A DNA stretch of 64,000 nucleotides from Octopus bimaculoides (GCF_001194135.2 NC_068991.1:32019609-32083608), one strand, 5' to 3'. Counted from the stretch's first letter, positions 1 through 13,380 are shown. Numbers and translations are program-made. Notes: generated by a model from the sequence alone, not told the origin.

Positions 1-6
1 GTGAGT
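1..6 (+). other. Probable 5' splice site (gtgagt) of an exon lying just outside the window
   Basis: Consensus donor hexamer at base 1. The upstream exon cannot be seen. Confidence 0.4.
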
Positions 7-52
7 TTTAACCTGTAAATTTGGATTTTTATCCCTAATATTATTATCATAA

Positions 53-70
53 TTATATATATAATATATG

Positions 71-118
<48 letters not shown>

Positions 119-1010
119 AGAGAGTCTGAAATTATTTGCAATCTCTAAAAGTGCTTCTTTGAGGAGGGATTTTTTGCTGTCATTAAATTGTCTTTTTAAT
201 TGATTGGAGGTCTTTATCCTCCATCTTGTTAGGACTTGTCTTGGGGAATGGTATTTTTGTCTGTAGTCATTCTCTAGAACAAATTTAATGCATATGGCTT
301 GCATTATTGACATGAATTCTTTAAGATTTATATCAATGTCTTGCATAGAGACACTTTTAAGCCAATTTTGCTGGTGTATCTGTTTTTGAATTGACTTCCA
401 CTCAACCTTGTAGAAGTTCAGACTGGATAGGTCTTGTGTGCTTATACATCCTCAGTTCTATCATGTTGTGGTCTGAGAAGATTGTTGGTGATATCTTCAC
501 ATTGTGGATAAGATTCACACTGATGGTGAAACAGAGGTCTAATATGTTATCGTCCAAGGTTGGGGAAAGTATGGTTTGCTCCATGAACAGCATATTAGTG
601 AGATCAAGAAGAGATTCTGCTTGATTGCGCTCCTTGCATTCCATTTCTAAGATTTTGTTGCCTTTAAGCCATCTGATGTAAGAGAAGTTGAAGTTACCCA
701 TCAGAAGTATATTAACGTTTTAATCTTGTTTTGTTATTACTTCTTTTATCATTGTAAAGCTTTCCTCAAATTTGCCATCATGATTTGAGGCATCAAGTGA
801 GCAATATAATGTACATATTACCACATCAAGTTGCTTTAAATGCACAATGAGTGTGTGACAGATCTTGTTTGAATGTAATAACAGGGTTATTGGTGTGACA
901 TTTTCACAGATGTTCATTGCAACTCCACCGTGACTTCTTTCTCTTCTGTCTGCATGGAATACAGCATACATTGGTAAGTTTGTCCTGTAGAGTCAAACTG
1001 CTATTAAATA
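53..1010 (-). mobile_element. Decayed LINE fragment, apurinic-type endonuclease region (CR1/L2-like)
   Basis: ORFs 720-971 and 402-701 give DRRERSHGGVA, MGNFNF, PT..DNILDL and SDHN, the EEP endonuclease motifs. Broken by stops and frameshifts. Confidence 0.8.
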
Positions 1011-2299
1011 ATATATGTAACTACTACCAAATGTGATTTTGTCAAACCAGCCAACTCATGCTGGCATAGAAAAGTTGGTTATTAAATGATGATAAACACA
1101 CACACACACACATGCACTTTACAACTTTACCAAATAGGTGGGTGTTGGTAACCAGAGAAGTGTCTGGCTGTAGAAAATCTACTTCAGTAAATTTTGTTTG
1201 TTGCAAGCAAGTGTGGAAAAGTAGCCATTCATGGTATATATGACATGCTTCTCTCTAGCAAATTTCATTCAAAAGCTATTAGTTAACCTGAGGTTACAGT
1301 AGACACTTGCCCAACATGTGCTGTAGTGGCATCAAATCCAGGCCTTTGTGGTTCTGAAGCAAACTTCTTAACTATGCAACCATATTTGCACTCCTGTTGT
1401 TGGGAGTCAGTTGAAAATTTATTTCTGCACATTGTCCTACATTTTATTTAAAGTTGCAGCACTAAGCATTGACCTTCAGAATTTCTCTTCGGTGTCTTTG
1501 GTAAATTTTTTATTTTCCACACACATCTCTTTCTCTCTCACACACGTTTGAATTTACAGACAAGAAATAGGTATTCTGTACATGAAGTAGAGTTTATGTA
1601 TTTAACAAGAACAATCCAGGCATAACTCGAAGAAGTGACAAAAGGAAGCTACAGCTTTAAATAAAATGTGTTGCAGCCATATATTAGTTTGATGCAGTTA
1701 CAACTAATTTATACATTATTCCTCTTCTAATGTATTGAGTACCTTTTCACTTTATAAAGTTAATTTGTGGGTAATAGCCATTGCAACATGTGCATAGATA
1801 TCTATTGTTGCACAGATTTTACCTTTGTACTTATGACCATACTGGGATGTTATTGATATTGCATTCTTTTGTTATAAACATGTTTAGCTCTAGGTCAGCT
1901 CTGAATAAACAGATCTGTGATCAAAAGTATTCCAGCCATGACAGTCTCATATTTTTATATATCAGAGCCTGTCTTATGTATCTTCCTTTTATATAAGGTA
2001 ACAGAGTATGATTTGAGGGAGATTTGTTGTTTCTGGTGAGTCATTGTTCCCTTGAATTCTTGATGAGCTGGTATATACTACCAGTTGTCACAGTCTTCTG
2101 CAACTGGTTCCAGTTCCAATAGGCCCATAGACATTTCACCTGAAGCACCTCAAATATATCTGGTGTGCTACCATTTGACATAAGAGGTCAGATTACAGCC
2201 ACAAGACAGTAAAGTTTCAATATATGTTGTTGTAGATACCTTCATTGTCCTGTGGAGGGCATGCGCACATTGATGGCAGACCACTCTCTTGGTCTACCA

Positions 2300-2339
2300 T
2301 CATCATCATCATCATCATCGTTTAACGTCNNNNNNNNNN
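2300..2339 (-). mobile_element. 3' tail of an RTE-family/SINE insertion with its body lost in a 10-N gap, flanked by a 24-bp direct repeat
   Basis: Reverse complement of gacgttaaac(gat)n, flanked by gcagaccactctcttggtctacca at 2276-2299 and 2340-2363. Confidence 0.7.
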
Positions 2340-3279
2340 GCAGACCACTCTCTTGGTCTACCAATTTCTACTAATTCTTGAGTAATTGGTTCTTCATCAG
2401 TTTCAATGAACAGATCAGTTGTTTGATAACTGACTTGCTCATTAGCAAGTAAGTGATTGATTATTCCATATATACATGTCTTTAGTGTAATTCTCAAAGA
2501 GAATGAGTGTAACAAGACCAGACCTTTGAATTACCAATACAATTGATCTGATGGGATTTCACATAGTTTTTGTCTTCACAAGACATGACTTGACCCAAGG
2601 AATTAAACCTGAGACTTTAAATTTGCTTCACAATCACAATTCTGCTATTTTCATCACTTTTGTGGTGCTCCTACAACCAACATGCTCACATTATTGTAGC
2701 ATGCTGTCATTCACCTAACCTATTGTAAGAGTGCAACTATGTCTGATTGTATTGAAAGGTCTGTAGTTCAATTCTGCTACAAATATTTCTACGTGTTTGG
2801 ACAATTATTGTTCACCAAGTTAAGAAGAACATTTACTTTTTCTATGAATGCCACTGAAATTAACTGGTTGCCTATCCTATAGGACTTATTTCTCATCTGT
2901 CTGTGGTCAATTATAGAAGTAGATATATACTACCTGGGATATGAGTTAAATTTACTTGTGGACTTTTTCTGCACAATCTCTGTTTTATATTGTTTATGTT
3001 GCTGTTGGGGGAGAAATACCTGAGCAGTCTGGGAATGTTGTCCGACATCTTACCTTTTCTCTCTTCCACTTCACACTATGTAACTGGTCATAAACTCTCC
3101 TTCATCAGGAGGAGATTTATGAAATTCTTTCCACACTCTGAAATTAGATCCAACCCTCATTCAGGTATACTTGGCAATGTGTGTGTGTATGATCATCATT
3201 TAATGCCTGTCTCCTCCCAAATTGGCAGAGTGTATGTATGTATGTATGTATGTATGTGTATATATATATACATATATAT

Positions 3280-3670
3280 ATCAAACCTGTTGTGGCAACT
3301 GTACACAGAATTATTCATGAAGATCTGAACATGTGCAAAATTTGTTCCTAGGGTACTCAGTAATGAACATTCTGGTAAACAACTATTTAACAGAGATGGA
3401 CATCAAAACTGTCCCTCACTCTCTCTCTATAGTCTGGACCTTGCTCTCTGTGACTTTTAGTTCCCAAAGCTAAAGGAGAACCTCTGGGCCAGTCATTTGG
3501 AAGATGGAGATTGTGACAAGGGTCTTCTTTGGAGGACTGCCATGAGGCTTTCACTAAGTGGCCAGAGCGTTACAAGTGCATTGGCGGCAGAGGATCCTAC
3601 TTTGAAGGAAATTAGGAGTTTTGTACTTCTTTGAAATTATTGTCTGCTGAAAACTTCTGGAAAGACCTTA
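3280..3670 (+). mobile_element. Internally deleted mariner remnant (transposase C-terminal part and right end)
   Basis: Frames read TVHRIIHEDLNMCKI, IKTVPHSLYSLDLA.CDF..FPKLKE and GSYFEG. The end resembles a mariner TIR followed by TA. Boundaries approximate. Confidence 0.6.
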
Positions 3671-4595
3671 TATATAATATATATCTGTCCATTCTGCCCA
3701 ATATATTGAGTTCTATACCAGATAATGTGAAATATATTCATATACTTTGTTACATTTACATCTGCTGTGCATTCTGTCCAACTAATGCAAGCATAGAAAA
3801 CTGGATGTTAAAACAATGATAATGTGTGTATGCTATGCTAGCAGAAAAGTAGACATAAATATCTACTATAATAATACTCTTGTGTTTTTCTCCATCACAA
3901 CACATGAATGAGAAAGAAAAGAAGGGGTGATGGATGAATAAGTAAGGAAGGAGTGATGGCAAACTGGTAGTGGGAGAGTTTCAACTGTGTGTGCACATGT
4001 GTGTATGTAAAAGGGAAGTATGTGAATGTGTGTGTAATGGAAGTGGGATGGTGAACATTCAACGCTGAAAAAAAAAATCAAACAGCGTTTCAACTGTGTG
4101 AGTGTATGTGTACAAGGGAAGTATGTGAACGTTTGTATGTGTGAATCAGCGTTCTTTCAGTAACAAACGATGATCGATGTCAGAAGACAACCACTGGATA
4201 ACATTGACAAGTATATTAATTTGATTTACCATCCATATTTATATATAAAATACTACAATTAGCCATCATTTTTGATGGCATGGGGCCAGCTAGTGATGAT
4301 ATAAATATGCATTCATATTCCTTGACTCAGTTTGAAGTCAAAACTATAGAGAAATCGTATTTTGAATGTTGTTAACCACTACCATTGTTTGGTGTATGAA
4401 ACCTATAGAGTAAAACAGTAAACATTATTCTAATTTTATGCACTAGTTTAACCCTAGCTTTAACCACAAAGAACTATAGTTGCCTTCACTTTCAAAAATG
4501 TGTGCCTATCCAACAAAAATTAGTTATAGTGTATTTGCTATCTTTTTCTTGTTTTAAAACTTTCAGTGAAATCAGTTTTTTAATAATAATTGCAG

Positions 4596-4744
4596 AATGT
4601 GCAGCAACAACAGCAGAGGAAGACAAAGAAGAACCAGTAGTAGTGAATGTTGAAAGTAATCAAGTTGCAGCTAATGCAGAATCTTCACTTATCAGGGACA
4701 CCAAGAAGGGTTCTGTCACCACCCAACAATCATATAAAGGATAG
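4596..4744 (+). CDS. Terminal coding exon of an unidentified plus-strand gene: (E)CAATTAEEDKEEPVVVNVESNQVAANAESSLIRDTKKGSVTTQQSYKG*
   Basis: ttttttaataataattgcag acceptor followed by a purine-rich, protein-like open frame to TAG. The window also starts on a gtgagt donor. Family not recognised. Confidence 0.65.
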
Positions 4745-6631
4745 GGTGTGTGTCAAGAATAATGAAATTTAAGAAACACAATAACAACACTAATTAATTT
4801 GAAATATGGTAAAGCAGTCTTTGAGAAAATATTTGGGGTTGTTCAGCCATCATATTGGTGGTGGTGTTTTGGTGTGGCAGCATATATAAAATGAGTTACA
4901 ATTTTGTTTGTTTGTTTATTGTTTTCTTAATGTATTTGTTTGCCTTTCAAATTTCGACATGAATTAACTGCATTACATTTACCTAAACCTCCTTGGGTGG
5001 AATGACCATTGGTTTTAATTTTATGTCTCTGCTGCTGATTCCTAAGTTACACTAGTTCATTAAATCAATAATAATGTCTTAACATAGGTGTGCGTAATCA
5101 GAGCAGACTCAGAGCTCAACAACACACATAGGTGGCCTTCTGCCACCAATGTGTTGTTGACTGAAACAAGGTGAATCAGTATCAAGAGCTAAGTATATCG
5201 ACACAGACAATAGTCTTCTGACACTGATGTTTAAACAATTATTATATGCAGTAATATTTGTAAGGGGTCCACTACACTCAAGTGGATGTGATATATTGAA
5301 CCCAGAGAGAGTTTAAAGTGGCTTCAAGATCATTACTAGATCAATTTCCGATCACATGTTTTTAAGTTGGGGCTTTACCTACCATGACTAACAAATGTTC
5401 ACAGCAAGACACTGTGTTTACAAGTAATAATGTCACATGCTTGTGTGATAGGTTGTAATTAAATTTGATAACTTTTTGTCAAATATATAATTAATCTTGG
5501 AGGGATTTTATTTTGGGGTTTTCAGTTTATTTGGAATGAAATTTAAATAAAAATTAAAGATTAAAAGAAAAATATAAAATTTCATATTTGAGTTTTTTTA
5601 CTTTGAAAATGTTTTCTTGTCTTTATAAATTTCTGTCTAGCTTGTCCATGCAAAAAAAGAAAAAAAGAAAAAGACATTAATATGAAGATCACATTGGCTT
5701 TTACAAAGTTATGAGATGAGTAATTTTTAAAGCAGCTGGGACATTGAAATACAAATATTAAAAACTAACTTTTAATGGGTATGTTAACCACAATGCCACT
5801 GGCTTTTACAGGGTCCCAACCCCTTCTTATCAAAACCAATAAGTGCTGTTAAGTAGAAGAAAGGTTTTGATTTCACGAATGTAGTTTGCTATCTATACTG
5901 GGTTCAAATCCATCAACAGACCATTTATAGTTGTCTTTAAGAAACTATTCCTTTATGAAAACTTTGTGAACAAATCCTAAAACGAGTAGCATCACTATGA
6001 TTTCAAATTTCCTTGTCATGTGTTGCTAAGTAAGCCTCATCAGCCATTAAGTTGTTAGGGACAATGCTAAATACTTTTAGACAGTTTCAATAGTTTAAAT
6101 CAGAAAAATTTAACTGGTTAGAACTTGCTCACCAAGTTATATAAACAATGACATTTTTAAAAATTTCTATTTCTTTTATTTTACGTATAGTACAAAACAC
6201 TTGCCAAAGTGTCTTCTACTATGTAGCACATAAGTATTCATGTGTGTAAACCCTTATCCTGACATGATGGGATGGTTTATTCACAACCATCCCATCATGA
6301 AGTGATGTCAATTTCCAGTCTTCCATAGAAAAATATGCCTGGCTTTGGGAAATATTACTTTGCTTGTAAAAGGTGAATTTTGGCAACAGGAAGGGCACCT
6401 GGCTGTAGAAAACCTGTCTCAACAGATACTAGTTTATCCAAGCAAGCATGGAACAGTGAACATGCAATGATTTGATGACTAATAATAAAGCTAGATAGCT
6501 GCCAGTGTTGGTTATTTACTGCAAATATCAAGGAAGCTTTAGAGATGATGATCATGGTTAGAATGCCTTTATTTAAAATATGTTGATTGGATTATAGCTG
6601 ATATTACAGCTATTTTATTAATACTAATGTG

Positions 6632-6850
6632 GTAAAGGCAATGAGTTGGCAGAACCATTAACAAGCTGGGCAAAACGCTTTGTGGCATTTCAGCCATTTT
6701 TACGTTCTGTGTTTAAATTCTGCTGAGGTCAACTTTGCCTTTCCTCTTTTTGGGGTCAATAAAATAAGTACCAGTTGGGCACTGGGGTTGATATAATTAA
6801 CTTACCCCATCCCTTGAACTTGCTAGCCTTGAGCCAAGATTTGAAACCAT
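6632..6850 (+). mobile_element. tRNA-derived SINE (family B)
   Basis: ggcaatgagttggcagaaccatta...ttctgtgtttaaattctgctgaggtcaactttgcctttc...taagtaccagtt. A more decayed copy follows at ~6860-7150. Confidence 0.75.
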
Positions 6851-9800
6851 TACTGAGGTAGTGGTTTGGTAGCATTGTTACAGCATTGGACAAAATGCTT
6901 TGTGTCAGTTCTGTTTATTCTTTATGTTCTGAAGTGAAAGTACTGGGGGTGGACTTCATGGTATTAATACTATGCCAGAATCAGTGTTAGACAAAATGCA
7001 CTGCAATATTTGTTCCAGTTCTTCATGGTCTCAGTTCAAATCTTGCTGAAGATAATTTTTGCCTGTCATCTCTTTGGGGCTAATAAAATACTAGCCACAT
7101 ACTGAGGTCAAGTTATTCAGTTAACTTGTCCCTTGAATTTCTGGCCATGTACTTGACTAACAGAATCATTAGAATGTACAGCAACTTGATCTTTGTATCT
7201 CCTTCACTGTGGATTGAAGCAGATGGCAGACCATCTGCCATCAAGCTTGTGAAACCAGTGAGACAAGGCATTGTCAGTGGTTTAATGAGTGCTTAACAAG
7301 ACTTGCTGCTGCTACATCACCTCTAACGTCCAGCTCTTTGCTTCCCTGTCCAACCTGTGGAAGACTCTGCTGCTCAGCTTTTGGTCTCTATTCACCAAAT
7401 GTGTTTGGCACCAACTTGATGGAATGTCATCTTCCTTGGAGCCAAGGGACCTCCAAGAATGTACTGTGGAAGAAAGGTGAGAAGCTGTTTATGTTGGGTC
7501 ACAACTGTATGAGACAAGCTGCCAGGTCATACTTTTGAGAGACAACTAAGCTTTCACTCCTCACCAGCCAACACTCCACTCAATATCATCAGGAATATTT
7601 TCTTGGCAGTGGACTTTCTATTTTTTGGTGTCTCTCACCATAACATTGACAATAGCTCCCATCAAACTATAAATTAACCCAGACTGGCAATTAAAATGTG
7701 ACATTCACAACACCATTAGTTCTATGGAACTACCATTATGTCATTTTGCAATCTCTCCATAGTTGCGTGACATGTAAAAATGCAAAATCAGCCAAATTTC
7801 CCTTGTTTCACACTACATCATCTTAAGGAAATGGAGCATCAGATAATGTAGTTGCCTCTTAAAGAGAGGATTGATGATATTCATTGGAATTAAAGTGACA
7901 CACTGAAAAAAAACCCCAAAAAACAACAAAAGCATCAGTCAAGTTTGGTTTAATTTCCTTTATTAGCAATATTCATTCTTTTACTCCAGCTTTAGCCATT
8001 GAATTCTTATGTGTGGAATTTCTAACGTTCAAAATGTAAAATTTTATCAATTTTTTTGTTTTAAATTATAAGTTTCTCTACACAAATTGACGACAACAGG
8101 CAATGCAATAACAAGGGTCTTCTTATCACCTCTGGCACTTAATTCCCACCCTTTTAAGATATTGTAATATTCATGATGTCCTTAATATAATACACAACTG
8201 AAATATATCAGTAAATATATATATATATCTATTTATGTATGTATATATATATATATATATATATACACACAGTAAATATATGTATTTATATACACAACTA
8301 CAACCCACTCCCAACAAAATTTACTAACAGTTTTCAAACCCCATATTTTACCATAATGGAAATAATATTTCACAAGCCACAATTTTAAAATTGGAAAAAA
8401 AATTGTGATCCAAAGTGCAATTATTTATAACAGAAACAAATTGGGAGAGGGGTCAAAAAGGATAATTCTATAGTTGCAAATAAGGAATTTTCTGCTGATA
8501 CCACTACATGAGATAATTCCAACAGTGGTGGCCATTTGCAAAATGTATTGAAGATATACACATGACTGATGTTGTAGTAAAGGTTGAAAAAAGCCACAAC
8601 AGGTGAGCAAACAAAGCTCATCTATTGACAAAATCAAAATAATATAATGTTGGCAATCATTATATAACAACCTGTTAGAAATAGATAAGCTGAAGACAAC
8701 AAAATATTTGAACAATATAGTTAATACACTTTACAATTGTCTTTGCAAGTCTAGTGACAGACATTGCAGCTTAAAAACAACAACAATACCACAGTACACT
8801 TAGCTGAAGCAGAATGGAATAATAAACAAAACAAGCCATTATCATTTGGTGTTATTGATATTCATTTTTAACTGATGGCTATATTATATATATACATTGG
8901 TATAAAGAGTATGGCTAAATGCTGCTTTAAACTCACACTCTGCAATGTTTCAAAGTTGCCCAAACAATCACTAAGCATGTATATTTGAATAGTGACCAGA
9001 ATCTCAGTTGAAATATGTATAAATAAACTCCATGCCATGTATTGGGTACTACCTTCCTTTTTTGTTTACAAACTGCAACATTGTGTGTGTGGCTAGGTTT
9101 ATAGTCTCCTACACACACTGACTGACTGACCGACCAAGTGATAAAGAAATAAATGTGGTCACCATTACATAAATATATAAGTGTTATAGCTTAGAGTAGT
9201 TATAATAAAAATAAGATCTATTATATAATTTTTGATTTTCAAGGAAGAAATAAGACTCAACAATAACAAAACAATCAGTCAAATTCATGAAAGCTGTAGG
9301 GGGAGGGGGATTTTTTTTTTTTTTGCTTCTTGTCATAGGAAATTTAAATTTTGCAAATTATACAAATATAATCATAGTTTAAATAGTTTTTTTTTTTATT
9401 TATAGAATTTTATGTTTTTCACAAAAGGTAAACAGAAGTGTTGATTACAAAGGTTATTTTTAATCAAAAACATGCTAACGAATTTGTATGCGTGTATGTG
9501 AGTGTTCACACATTTGTACATATGTAAATGTTCAGTCAACCTAATATTAATAATATAGACTTATCACTATTATGGTGGTGGTGGTGATGTTGGCAGCGGT
9601 GGTGGCAGTAGTAACAACTGTAATGAGCAGTCACTAGTAAAATTAGTATACCAAAGCAAGACCTGTGGCAAAAGTATATACATATATAAATAAATACACA
9701 CACACACACACATATATATATATACCATACTGTAAAAGACAGCAACATGACAAGTGTAGTATCATAAACTACACACAGGTAGATAATTTTTTTTTTGTTT

Positions 9801-11092
9801 TGGATTATATTCTTTGCATGATATTCATACAATGATTAAACTTGAGAGAGAAGTTGGATAAAATTAATGAGTTTTTTTTTAATATCTTGAGGATGTGTGC
9901 AATGTAACAGTATTTCTAATTATATAGTAGGTTTAATTACAAACTTAGTGTTACCTAGAAAACTATAAATGTTTATGAAAAAGAAAATGAAGAAATACTT
10001 GCAAGAAAGTGAGAGAGAGAGAGATGGGGGTAAAGAGGAGGAAAAAGAATTACCAAACATTTTTTACTGTGATTGCAAGAACACCATCATTGCAAAGAAT
10101 TAGGATCAATTATTATTTAGTTCCAGTGACTTAATAACAGTACACTTGGATATAACAAATTATATGTATAAAAAAAAGGGGGGGGGGCAGGTTAATTGAA
10201 GGGCCACAAAATTGAGAGCAAGATGTGAAGCCAAAGTGGAAAATAAATTAATACTATACAAATAAATAACAGTGTGAATATTTATATATANNNNNNNNNN
10301 NNNATATATATATATATATAGTCACGTATATATGTATAAGATAAAATCTTTATTTTAAAAAAGGAACGAAACTTTAATCCACATTCTGTGCAGGGTGATA
10401 TGAATATGAATAAAGGATTATAACCGTAAATTGTGATTTGTAAGAAACAGTTACAGAAAGGAAGATGGTGAAGGCATTAATGTCAAGTATTTATTCCAAT
10501 TCTCTTTAATTGCTAGGATGTCTAACAAAAAAGTCTCTGCCTAGATATACAACATTTGGTGTTTGGGTTTTCAAAGTATTGTTATTCATAACCTAATTAA
10601 TAATAATAATTATAGATAGGTGAGCCAAGTGACGAAACAGTTTATTTTGCACAGACAAGATTTCTGTCTAGGGGCACCACCAATTCTGATAATTCTTGAG
10701 AAAGAAAAAGTGAAAAAGTGAGAGAAAGAGAAAACTGGATTAAAATATTTTGAACAGAATCAACAACACAGTCTTGAGAAGAATTGTGTGTGTGTATGTA
10801 TGTATGTATATATATATATGTGTGTGTGTGTTTGTGTATGAGTGTAAAACGAGTAGTTTATTTTTTTCTCTTTTTTTGAAATGAGAAAAATGATAAAAAA
10901 AAAAATTTAAAAGAAAATTTAACAAGGATTTATTTTGACAGTTTTGTATTTCAATAATTCTTTGCTGCTGTTGTTGTTTAAAAGAAGAAAATTGTTGATG
11001 TTTTCTTGGCCAAACACTCACATATTAGCATGGAACATAGAGTTGCTGAGATCTTCAACAGATTAACAGAAGCTTTAAGAAAAACAGTTGCT

Positions 11093-11141
11093 TTACTGAG
11101 CTTTGGCCTTCTTTTTCAGGAATGGCAACTTGGATTGGACC
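11093..11141 (-). CDS. RTN: Reticulon terminal coding exon: VQSKLPFLKKKAKAQ*
   Basis: Acceptor tatcttgcacag, phase 2. Resembles the vertebrate RTN4 end IQAKIPGLKRKAE. Ends in a KxKxx di-lysine motif, TAA at 11095-11093. Confidence 0.93.
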
Positions 11142-12048
11142 CTGTGCAAGATAAATGGTAAACAAAAACGTTGTATTTACAGATAACAAAATTGTATAGA
11201 TGTGAAAATGTAGGCCAATCTAGTCAAAACTGAAAACCCTCTTAGCTATAACAATATACATTAATATTATCACACACACACATTAACTGCTATTTCTTAC
11301 ACAAGCGCAAGAAATGAAAAGTGAGAATTTTCAAGCTCTCCTTTGGTCATTATGTGTTATAAAAACAACTGTTCCTTGACTACTCCCATGCAAATATATT
11401 GTATTCACACTGGGCATTTTTGTGTGGCTAAGAAGTTCATTTTCAACCATGTAGTTTCAAGTTCAGTTCTACTGCGAGGTATTGTGGGAAAATGCCCTCT
11501 ACAGTGAATACAACATGGGCTTCTTTCAGTTTCTGTCTACTATATCCCTCACAAAACTTTGGTTGAACCAAGGTTATAGAAGGCACATGCCCAAGGTGTC
11601 ATACAGTGGGGCTGAACCCAGAACAATGTGGTTGGGCAGCAAGCTTCTTACCATACAAACAAATCCACATGTTCATAAAGCTCCAGGTCAGCTGTGATTC
11701 AGTAAGAAACTAACAATAGTCTACGCAGGCATAAAATAACATTTGTAAAATAAGCTAAGTTTAAACAAAGTGGAGGCTTGTGAGAGGGATCTCCTTAGAA
11801 AATAGTCAAAATCAAAACCTTCAAAGAAGAACCATGGCTAAAACATTAAAATTCTTGTCTTCCTGGACAAACTTATCTTATTTTACACACACACACACTC
11901 CCAGTAGTGTGGATTGATCAGGTCTGCTATACAGCATCTTTTCATACATCTTAAGCCTACAGCATCTTAACTGAGATTCAACTTTCAAATGTTTGATCTA
12001 ATAACATCTTTCAAAATTTTTAACTTCCTATACATCACCTACACTTTA

Positions 12049-13277
12049 TGAGGGGTGTTCATTAAAAATTTCCCCTGACTCACTTCGGTTATTGCAGGAA
12101 ACAAAACTTGTACAGGTATATTCAAACATGTCTCTACATGTCATATGAATTGCAGCTTTCCACTAGTATCTGTTTGTCTTTTACGGCTGCTGAAGTGGAC
12201 TAAGGTGTTATAATGGAGGCAGTTGAATGCAGATCAGTGATCAGGTTCTTATTCTTGACAAGTTGTACACCAAAAGAGACTTTCAATGAGATGAAAGAAG
12301 TTTATGGTGACGATGCGTCACCAACTCAAATGTGGTTGAACATCGGTGGAAACTGTTCCTATTCCACCACTGATAATGACACCATCCATAAAGTGGAAGT
12401 CGCTATTTTGGAGGATCATTCGGCAACTATCCCAGGAAGTGAAGATAAGTGTAGGGTCCATAGAGAAAGTCATTCACGACCATTTGCGCATACAGAAGTT
12501 GGCTGTACGATGGATTACCCAGATGCTCACACCTTTAGAGAAGCAGGAATGAGTCAATTACTCTTAGGCTCTTTAGGCGATGTGTCGAGAAAATGAGGAG
12601 AACTTTTTTGGCAGACTTATCACACAGGATGAAACATGGGTCCATCACTACAATCCTGAGGCTAAAGTCCAACTGAAGCAATGGAAGCATGATAACTCAC
12701 CACCTCCAAAGAAGGCTTATGTCCAACCCTCAGCAGGCAAGGTGATGCTCAGTCTTTTGGGGCTAGTGCAGAGTAGTGATGATGGATTTTCTGGCAAAGG
12801 GCAGCACACTTAACAGAGCATATTATGCTTCTCTGCTGCAGAAATTGCGGGACACCATCAAAGCAGAGAGGCATGGCATGCTGTTCAAAGGAGTTCACCT
12901 CCTCCAAGACAACATCCCAGTTTACAATGCGCATGTTGCCCAGATGAGAGCACACTCCTGCAACTATGAAATTTTTCTTCATCCCCTTCACTCTCCTGAT
13001 TTCACACCATCTAACTCCTACCTCTTTCCAGCCATGAAGTTGGTTTTGAAGGGGAAGCACTTTTCAGATGATGAACTGATTTCTGAGGTAAAGTCTTGAC
13101 TCCAGATGCAACCTACCAGCTTCTACAGACGAGGTCTTCACAGCTATATAAACTGATGGGAGAAGTGTGTCACCATTGGTGGTAGCTATGTAGAGAAGGA
13201 CCAATAATTATGCCAAGTTTCGTTTATCCCAAACTTTGGGAAGTGGGTTAAGGGAAATCTTTAATGAACACTCCTCG
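12049..13277 (+). mobile_element. Near full-length (1229 bp) inactive mariner (Tc1/mariner) DNA transposon
   Basis: About 38-bp TIRs (tgaggggtgttcattaaaaatttcccctgactcacttc and reverse complement cgaggagtgttcattaaagatttcccttaacccacttc) with TA on both sides. Transposase pieces ITQDETWVHHY, LLQDNIP and HSPDFTPS.SYLFP lie in several frames. Confidence 0.93.
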
Positions 13278-13373
13278 TATTGCTCTTGTGAATTGTACAT
13301 CATCTATGAGAACATTATTTCATGCATTACTCCCTTTTAAATAAATACTTCACACAATAGTTAGTATACTTAC

Positions 13374-13380
13374 CAAAACT
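13374..13380 (-). other. Candidate 7-nt frameshifting microexon (AGTTTTG)
   Basis: ccaatttctctttctag acceptor, TTG|gtaagt donor. TGCATG (RBFOX-type motif) about 48 nt downstream at 13326-13321. Confidence 0.45.

Noticed and set aside
970-985. Plus-strand gtaagt donors at ~974 and ~2447
   Set aside because: Both lie inside decayed minus-strand coding-like repeats with no matching plus-strand exon.
6632-6730. tRNA-like A/B-box sequences here and in other SINE heads
   Set aside because: They continue into SINE bodies and do not form a complete cloverleaf, so they are not tRNA genes.
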